Shown: positions 55,366 through 64,000 of the stretch, piece by piece | Numbering within the stretch: the first letter of the stretch is position 1 | Layout of the letters: each line of letters opens with the position of its first letter | From: the human T2T-CHM13v2.0 reference genome, Homo sapiens | NCBI RefSeq assembly: GCF_009914755.1 | Contig: NC_060928.1 | Strand: one strand, 5' to 3' | DNA: 64,000 bases | Made by a program: the position numbers and the translations under genes | Notes under the pieces: model-generated | What the model was told of the DNA's origin: nothing | Databases searched by the model: none | What the model saw: the letters and a program-made list of their open reading frames with translations, nothing else

Positions 55366-57059
55366 TATATATATATGGAAATGTTTTAATTCCTTAGAAA
55401 AAATTGTTAGAGTTGTTTATATCTATCTAAATACAAAGAATAACAAGAAACAATATTATGTACAAGGTATGATGGTAAAATGAAGACAGTGCTGATTTTA
55501 AAGACCTTTAAAATTTGCAAAAGTAAATGTACTAGCATAAAAAGGCTGATGTTATGATATAAAAATAATAGGATATGAGCTCTACATAATTTATTCTACA
55601 AGTTTTGGCAGAAAAAAGAAATAAAAATATTAAAAAATATATTTTTATGTACACATTTAAAAAGCTCACTGTTCATAATGAGTAGATGAGAGTAATAGGA
55701 ATGAGAAGTGAAAGTTGACAGGGTGGGAACAAATTATACAGTTATTTTCTTTTTTGTAAGGACTTTTTAAGACACAAAAAAGAAATTGCTAATGAATTAT
55801 TTGATATCTTACAATGTCACTAACCAATGCAATGCAGATACAAAATTACATATTTGACCAGTTTCTCAAGGTTTTCAAAAATAGTGAACACCAACATAGA
55901 TAAGGATATTAAATCTGCCTCTTCAAACGGTGTTTTAATGAATTAAAAAGTAATTTTATACTGTTTATCATGAATCTTTCAAATCCTCACACTTCTTGAT
56001 GTAATATACTCTTTCTGAAATTCTGCTCTAAGTATTTTCACATATATAACAATGGTTTATTTGCAAAATTTTACTACAGGTTTATTTATAATAATCAAAC
56101 ATTAGAAAGAACATTTCTAACCAACAATTACAAAAGAGGAATTTATAAGCATGCCATGATTGCTACATTTTTTAAAAGCTTAATTTGTACTTTTCCCTAC
56201 CAGAATTTGGAACCAATTGATAAACAGAAAAAAGAAGATGAGAAAATTAAAATCAAAATTATCTCTTTATAATGTTTATTATCAAAACATCTTTATTGCA
56301 TTAAACAGATTAAACAAATTTAACTAGTTGTGCACTTTCTTACTTGGACATTTGCGGACCTCTGCAGAAAATGGCTGGACCTTTTCACCATATGCCAAAG
56401 AGAAGACTACAATAAATAATGTATGAAGACTGGTAGATCTTGAAAGATATCCTGTAAGTGGCTGAACAACAGAGACCTGGTTATTTATTTCAAATTCATG
56501 AATTAGTGAGAGCAAGAAGTGAGAAGAGTCACTATTAGAGATTCTAACAGAGAAACATTAAGCCAGAGGAGAATAAGGCACCCTCAAATAATGGTACACC
56601 ATAGGATGAAACCTCCATAAGTCATAATTAAATTTATGAATCATTGTTAATTCCATTCTAATATAACACATAGTAAATATAACGCACAGTAAAAATTCAG
56701 AGTACTAAAATGTAGCTGCAATTTAAATTTAGCTTTGTAAACAGATATTTAGAAAGAAATGATGTATAAATATACAAAATACCAATAGGTTTTTCCCCCC
56801 TTTGGGGTAGTGTTTGCCTGATTTTTTTTTCATTTCCTTACAATTTTAATTATTTAAATACAAATATGTACATATTTGAAAGCCCAAAGAAATTACAGAC
56901 AGCCTAACAAAATATAGTAAATATGATTCTTCTTTTTATTTATACTATTTTTCTCTGAGAGATATTATATGCTTATATAGCAGCTTTAGTTTTATGATTC
57001 GTTTAATTTGAATAGTAAGTTATTTTACAGATTATTTATTTGTTCATAAAAAATTTACC

Positions 57060-57343
57060 AGCGGGGCAGGGTGGCTCACACCTGTTATCCCAATATTTTG
57101 GTAGGCCGAGATGAGAGGAAAACTTGAGCTCATAGGTTTGAGACCAGCCTGGGGAACAGAGTGAGATGTCTCTACCAAAAAAAAAAAAAACAAAAAACTG
57201 AGCATAGTGGCATGTACTTGATTAGCTGAGGTGGGAGGATAACTTGAAGCCAGGAGTTGGAGGCTAAAGTTAGCCATGGTCATGCCACTGCACTCCAACC
57301 TGGTTGACAGAGTGAGACCTTGTCTCTTTAAATAAAAAAAAAA
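57060..57343 (+). mobile_element. AluJ
   Basis: Diverged dimer with an internal deletion in the right arm. Confidence 0.88.
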
Positions 57344-57709
57344 GATTTAAGTTTCCATTCATGTTGCCTCGACTGTTTGACCGTGACTCAAAATCTATAA
57401 CTTTGAAAAAAAAAGTTGAAGCTTGATAGAAACATATGAAATAAAACACTGAAACTGAAATTTATCATCAGAGAGGAAAAGAGTTAAATGGCTTTTTGTA
57501 AAACAAATTCAAATCTACAATAATCTTTGAAATTCTAGTAAATGAAACAAAATCTCTTTCTCTTTTTCATATATATGTAAAGAAGATTTACAAAAAATTA
57601 ATTTTAATTTTCCAGATGACCGTAGGTAGGGGTAGATGAATAAGCAATACTACCAGGACACGTCAGTGTGGAATGATAAAAGTGGAAAAAGGTTAATGGA
57701 ATGTGAGTG

Positions 57710-57870
57710 GGCACTACTTGGGGAAGAGGGCCTTGGATTAAATCCATGTTCAGCCTAGAGCTGGTTTACAAAAACTGGAAAAGTCTCCACAGATCTCAGT
57801 GTTTTGTGTTATAGAATGATGTTTTAATCAGGTAACACCAAGTGCTTGTTCACTTTCAAAATTATATTTC
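57710..57870 (+). mobile_element. MIR-like fragment
   Basis: Weak similarity to the MIR core (CTTGGATTAAATCC...TCTCAGTGTTTT...ATAGAATG). Confidence 0.35.
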
Positions 57871-60530
57871 TAGCCTTTTGATACTTCCAGGGAAGTCATT
57901 CTCATTTTTTTAACTCTCCTTTTGGCTTGTGTAGTTTGTGATAATTAGAAACCCTCAACATACTTAGGGTGATATAATATAAAAATCTAAGGCGATAAAA
58001 TGAACATGTATTAGGTAAACACAGTCCAGAAAACTAAATTTAGCAACTGAAACAAGAAATCGATTTAGGCAAATTAAAAGGGAGGGCAGTTTTTGCGACA
58101 AGGAAACGAGTTTAAAGAAAATGTTATTGCCTTCTTATATAATAAATATATAAGAAGTAAATTTATGGAAAAAACCACACATTTTAGTTTTTATTGATAA
58201 GAATTAAAGAGTAATATCAAGAAGGTCAACTCTGCTCTTCAACAATATAGTCATTAATGTATGCAACCATTTAACAAACACATGACATTAATTATTTGAT
58301 AGGCCATAAACTAATTACTGAAGATATGTCCTGGCCTTTAGAGAGTGTGTTATTTGGATGACATTGATCTGAAACATACTTAGAGATTTAATTATTGTCT
58401 CCAAATCATCTTGAATTATTTAAATTTTCTTCTTAAATTATCAAACAAACTTTTGAGCAAATGTTTAACCTTATCGTATCCATATTTGGAGAAAAATCAG
58501 GGTAAGGTATTCTCCTGCCAAACCTAAAAAAAAAAAATGCTCCTAAGTTCTCAAACATTGTATGGACCAAATTAAAATATTAGAGCCTTGATCATTGTGA
58601 TTATTTTTGTAGAATTAAAACAATTTTATATTATTTTGATAATTCAATAAAGGAAAACATGTACTGTTAAAGGATTCTCCAGTAAAATATTATATTAATG
58701 ATGAAATATTGAGAGTTATAGCACACTTAGAAAGGGTGGAAGAATGCTTAAAGAAGAGAAGGCCTTTTTTTTCCTATTCTCCTTTAATAATTTCTTAAAA
58801 TTTTGTCTCTCCTTTCCCATTTAGTGTTTCGTCTTGTAACTTTTCTAAACATGTATTTTGAGGTCTGTTAGTATGCCATATTTTTCTTTTTACTGTCTAT
58901 AACTAGCCTAAGGCTAGATAAATTGTAAGTGCTTAATAACATTTTACTGACTGTAATTGATACAATAATTATAATTTTATCTTACTTTTCTATACCATTT
59001 TTACCTTACAAGCTCCATTTACTGTATTTTTTCTTTTTGATTATTATGTTAATAAGCAATATAAACTCCTTGGTAATTAAGATCTTCATAACACTAAAAT
59101 ACTTATGATTGCTTTCATAAAAATGTGAAGGCCTTTAAAAAAGCATATTGCAGAACCAAAAGCAGTATCTGTGAAGTCATTGAAAAACACTTTCCTTGTT
59201 GAAAAGAGGATAATACTGCAAACCTCTGTTAATATTAAGAAACATGAAGTTTGACTTTTAGAGTCACAAATAAGGTTTTAAGGAGAGGGCGAAAGAGAAA
59301 GAAAGATTACATTTAAATAGCTCTCTCAGCCCAACTGCTTTTAAAATACATAAACCCACTTAAAATTACATTATTATTGACAGATGTTTAAATGATTAAA
59401 ATCAGAATTCCTAAAATATGAAATATTACTGTATGCTACAATTATGATAGTTTTTCCCATAGCAATAAAAGGTGCCTAGAGTAAAATGTGAGCTCTCTAA
59501 AATGAAATGCAAACATATTAGAAGAAAATATGATTGGCGTTTTTAGTGTTTTATATATTTAAATATATTAAAATACTCCTTCCTAGTTTAATTATACAGA
59601 CAAATAATATTAATCTAAAAAGAGCACCTTTTAATCATTTTTAATAATCTAAGTAATGGATTTTTTACCACTATTATAAAGCTCACATAGAAATAGCTTT
59701 TTTTCTCCTGTAGTCTATATATAAAAAAACTTTGACGATTTCAGTATGGAGAAAAAACATATATTGTGAGCAGCGTAGGAAAAGGTAATTATACAAGAAG
59801 CCTAGTCTTTGAGTAAAAAGTCTGTTTGAATATAATTTGGTCTGTCTCTCTCCCTCCCTCTTTTCAAATTTATTGAAGAGGAACAGTGAATTTGGATATA
59901 TTTACACATGATTTAATATTATAAAATATTTTGAAATGTAGGGAGAAAACTCTTTAGTTAAAGGAAATATACTAAAATAAGCTATTTAATAAGATTTCTT
60001 AAGAAGATAAAACATCTTAAGAAGGAACTTCTTTCTACACACAGCTCGATTGCTTGAAATCTGACCCTTTCTCAACCCTTAATGATTTTCTTTATATCTT
60101 AGACAAAGGAACCGATGACATGCTGTAGGGCATATTTAAAAATCATGTCCAAATTCTTCAATGGGACAGAAGAAAATTAGAAATTATTTTCTGAATCATA
60201 TACAACCAAAAACTGCGTTAAGATTCTATTCATGGATGATATCAAGCTTCAATATTGAACTTTCTCTCTTCGATGATGATGTGCTTATTGACTTAGCATC
60301 AGCCAGAATATATAAGGAACACATCAGTGTAACAATCACCACAATTTGTGAATCCATGTTTTATCTGAATATATGAAATTATTTGATATCACCAAATATT
60401 TGCTGCCAACATTTCATTCAGGATTAAATTTTCTAATGTAACAGAATAGAACAAGGGAGGAAACTGATTGCATATGGAAAGTGACCTATATGTATAGAAG
60501 CAGTTGTAGTTAAATTCCATATTCTGACAG

Positions 60531-60896
60531 TGATATGGTTTGGCTATGTCCCTACCCAAATCTCATCTTGAATTGTAACTCCCACAATTCCCACATGTCA
60601 TGGGAGAAACCCAGTGGGAAGCGATTGAATTATGGGGTTGGTCTTTCCTGTGCTTTTCTTGTGACAGTAAATGAGTCTCATGAGTTCTGATGGTTTTAAA
60701 AATGGGAGTTTCTCTGAAAAATCTCTCTCTTTGCCTGTCATCATCCACGTAAGATGTGACTTGCTCCTCCTTGCCTTCCGTCATGATTGTGATGCCCTCC
60801 CAGCCACATGGAACTGTGAGTCCAATTAAGCCTCTTTCTTTTGTAAATTTACCAGTCTCGGGAATGTACTTAGCATTGTGAAAATGGACTAATACA
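60531..60896 (+). mobile_element. THE1 (A/C-like) MaLR solo LTR
   Basis: TGATATGGTTTGGCT...GGACTAATACA; perfect 5 bp TSD GACAG. Confidence 0.92.
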
Positions 60897-60901
60897 GACA
60901 G

Positions 60902-61342
60902 TTTGAAATATCTGAGAAGGATTTAGAAGTGCAAAAGGTTTTGAGGGAGAAACACCTGTATTTGTAAGCAGGGGAGGGCATAGGTGTGGGTAGGGAAAGC
61001 CTTTAGATTATAATGCAGATATGTAACTCATGAAAAGAGAGGTGGAAAAAAAGAGGATTTGCTAGGAGGAGCCTAGGAAATGCAGTGCATCTGTGAGAAT
61101 TTCTCAGCTAGGTCATTGGAGGACTTCTGAACAAAGATTTCCTATTAATGGAGCCCACTCTCTTCTTGGCTAAAAATGATCTGGAATCTGGTATCCTTGC
61201 CATGCACTTTCAGTGTTAAATATCACACATTCATTGTTTTGGCATGAGTGCTACAGCTTGAAGCTATCAAGTAACTACATGGCTCCTGGAAAGGTCTTTT
61301 TTTTAAGGGAGATATGAGCAACATACTTCATGGTTGCCGTAG
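60902..61342 (-). mobile_element. Old ERV-L LTR (LTR41/LTR33-like)
   Basis: GAAAGCCTTTAGA...GCAGTGCATCTGTGAGAA...AAGGGAGATATGAGC...CATGGTTGCC. Confidence 0.55.
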
Positions 61343-61499
61343 ATACCTTGGTGGAAATACAAAATAATCTTGCTCCCATTGATATTATAAAAATTTTAGT
61401 ATTATTTTATTTGTTTATTTCATTAATTGCAATTGCAAATTATGGGATTTCTAGAAAGATTTACCTAACATTGTTGCTCCACTTATTGAGTAATATGCA

Positions 61500-61767
61500 A
61501 ATGAAAATATTTTTAAAAACAAATACATAGAAAATAACAATACAACAGTAAAAAAATACAAATGAAAAAGTATAACACATGTTTACATAACACTTAAATT
61601 GCATTAGGTATCATAAGTAATTTAAAGATGATTTAAAGCATATTTTAGGAGGTTATATGCAAATACTAGGCCATTTCATATAAGGGACTTGAACATCCGT
61701 GGATTCTGATACCCCTTGAGGGGGGAGACCTAGGAACCAACGCCCTCCTGAGGCCAAGGAATGACTG
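61500..61767 (+). mobile_element. MER2 (TcMar-Tigger) DNA transposon, partial
   Basis: GCATTAGGTATCATAAGTAAT...GGTTATATGCAAATACT...GGGACTTGAACATCCGTGGATT...GACTG followed by TA. Confidence 0.85.
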
Positions 61768-61914
61768 TAGTTGATACATTCACTTTGATTGTTTCCATAG
61801 CGCCTGAATTAAGGGAAACAAAGATGTAATACAAGTGAAGAAAAACAATTAGATGTCACTACTTGTCTGAACTCTTTGTCATCCATGCCTTATTTATATA
61901 GGCATTTTATTTGC

Positions 61915-62325
61915 TGTTTAGATTGGGTTCCCAAGAGGCAGAATTTAAAATGAGAAATCAAATAAGCCTGATTTATTAGAAATTGTTTCCTGACAAAACC
62001 TGGGAAAGTCATGAAAAAAAAAAAAAAGACTAAGTAAATAGGCACAGACTAAAAGTCCATCAAGCAAAATCCCATCAGAAGCAATTCTGGTTCAGTTGCA
62101 CATGGAGAAAAGCACTGGAGACCCTCAGTCTCACACCCCATGGTCAATTGATCAGTACGGGAGAGAATTCAAGTGTATTTATTCCTGCTGGAATCAGCAT
62201 TGACTAAGGACTGGCACTGGAGTGGCTTAATCTCTCAGGTACACAGCCTCTACTTTCATGCAGCCAAAGAAGGCTCTGGCAGCCTGAGAATTGTCCTCCC
62301 ACTATAAGACTCAGACACTGATTGA
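61915..62325 (-). mobile_element. Ancient ERV-L-type LTR (family uncertain)
   Basis: TTGGGTTCCCAAGAGGCAG...TTTATT start and GGCTCTGGCAGCCTGAGA motif. Confidence 0.4.
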
Positions 62326-62344
62326 CAGAAATAATTATAAATTA

Positions 62345-63295
<951 letters not shown>

Positions 63296-63617
63296 GCACT
63301 TCCTACCACCATGCAGTTCATAAACAATCACAAATATGGTAGGCTTGCCAAGTGCTTTTGTACCGCATTATTTATTACCATGCATTTGTATGACTGCAGT
63401 AGACTTTACTGATTTTTACTTTATAAAGCATTGTATTTATTCATTAAAAAATAAAAGGCTTGAACAAGAAAAAACGGGAGACGCTAACATCATAGACCAC
63501 AACATAACATGCGAAGTACAAGAATGACAAATATTATGTTTTGGCTCTCTTTACTATATGAGAGTCTCCTTTGGGACCGCATTTCAGAAATTCTTGATTT
63601 AGAGTAACATATCTTTT

Positions 63618-63777
63618 TTTTTTTTTTTTTCTAGACAAAGTCTCGCTGTGTCACTCAGGCTGGAGTGCGGTGGCACGATCTTCGGTTCAAGCACCACTGC
63701 CTCCCAGGTTCAAACGATCCTCCTACCTCAGCCTTCAGAGTAGCTGGGATTACAAGTGTGTGCCACCACGCCAAGCC
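63618..63777 (-). mobile_element. Alu right monomer (FRAM-like) inserted as a unit
   Basis: Single arm with poly-T; TSD TAGAGTAACAT(A/T)TCTTTT on both sides. Confidence 0.88.
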
Positions 63778-64000
63778 TAGAGTAACATTTCTTTTAACTG
63801 AGGTGGTATTTATAAAAAATATACCCACACATCGTTGTTAAAAGAAGTAGAATTTTTGAATGAGGTTGTTTTCTGCATTCAAATGCTAATGAAACTCTGA
63901 CCAAAGCAATAAGTAATAAATGAATTACAATGGAGTATTAAAGGACAACATTATTTTGAATTGGAAGACGTTAGTCAGACTTTCAGGATTATTAATAATC

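Overview
AT-rich, repeat-dense primate (human-like) genomic DNA. I see no protein-coding exon, RNA gene, CpG island or CRISPR-like array. The recognisable ORFs in the supplied track are Alu, L1 or ERV read-throughs or microsatellite translations, and the rest look like chance ORFs. The window consists mainly of Alus, L1 fragments, MaLR/ERVL/ERV1 LTRs, a full-length THE1D-type MaLR provirus, two degenerate class III (ERV-L type) pol relics, DNA-transposon remnants and large simple repeats. The most unusual structures are: (i) a ~740 bp fold-back element at 53.1-53.9 kb with a perfect 32 bp outer inverted repeat around a TA-rich core; (ii) a >1.75 kb TA-rich array grown inside an MLT2A LTR that has apparently lost its DUX4-type motif by a microhomology deletion; (iii) a heavily decayed but readable RT-RNaseH-IN pol at ~46-49 kb; and (iv) a nested insertion stack inside one old L1. 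Repeat subfamily names come from my recall of consensus sequences and need confirming with RepeatMasker/Dfam. I found no convincing evidence for a new multi-gene system.
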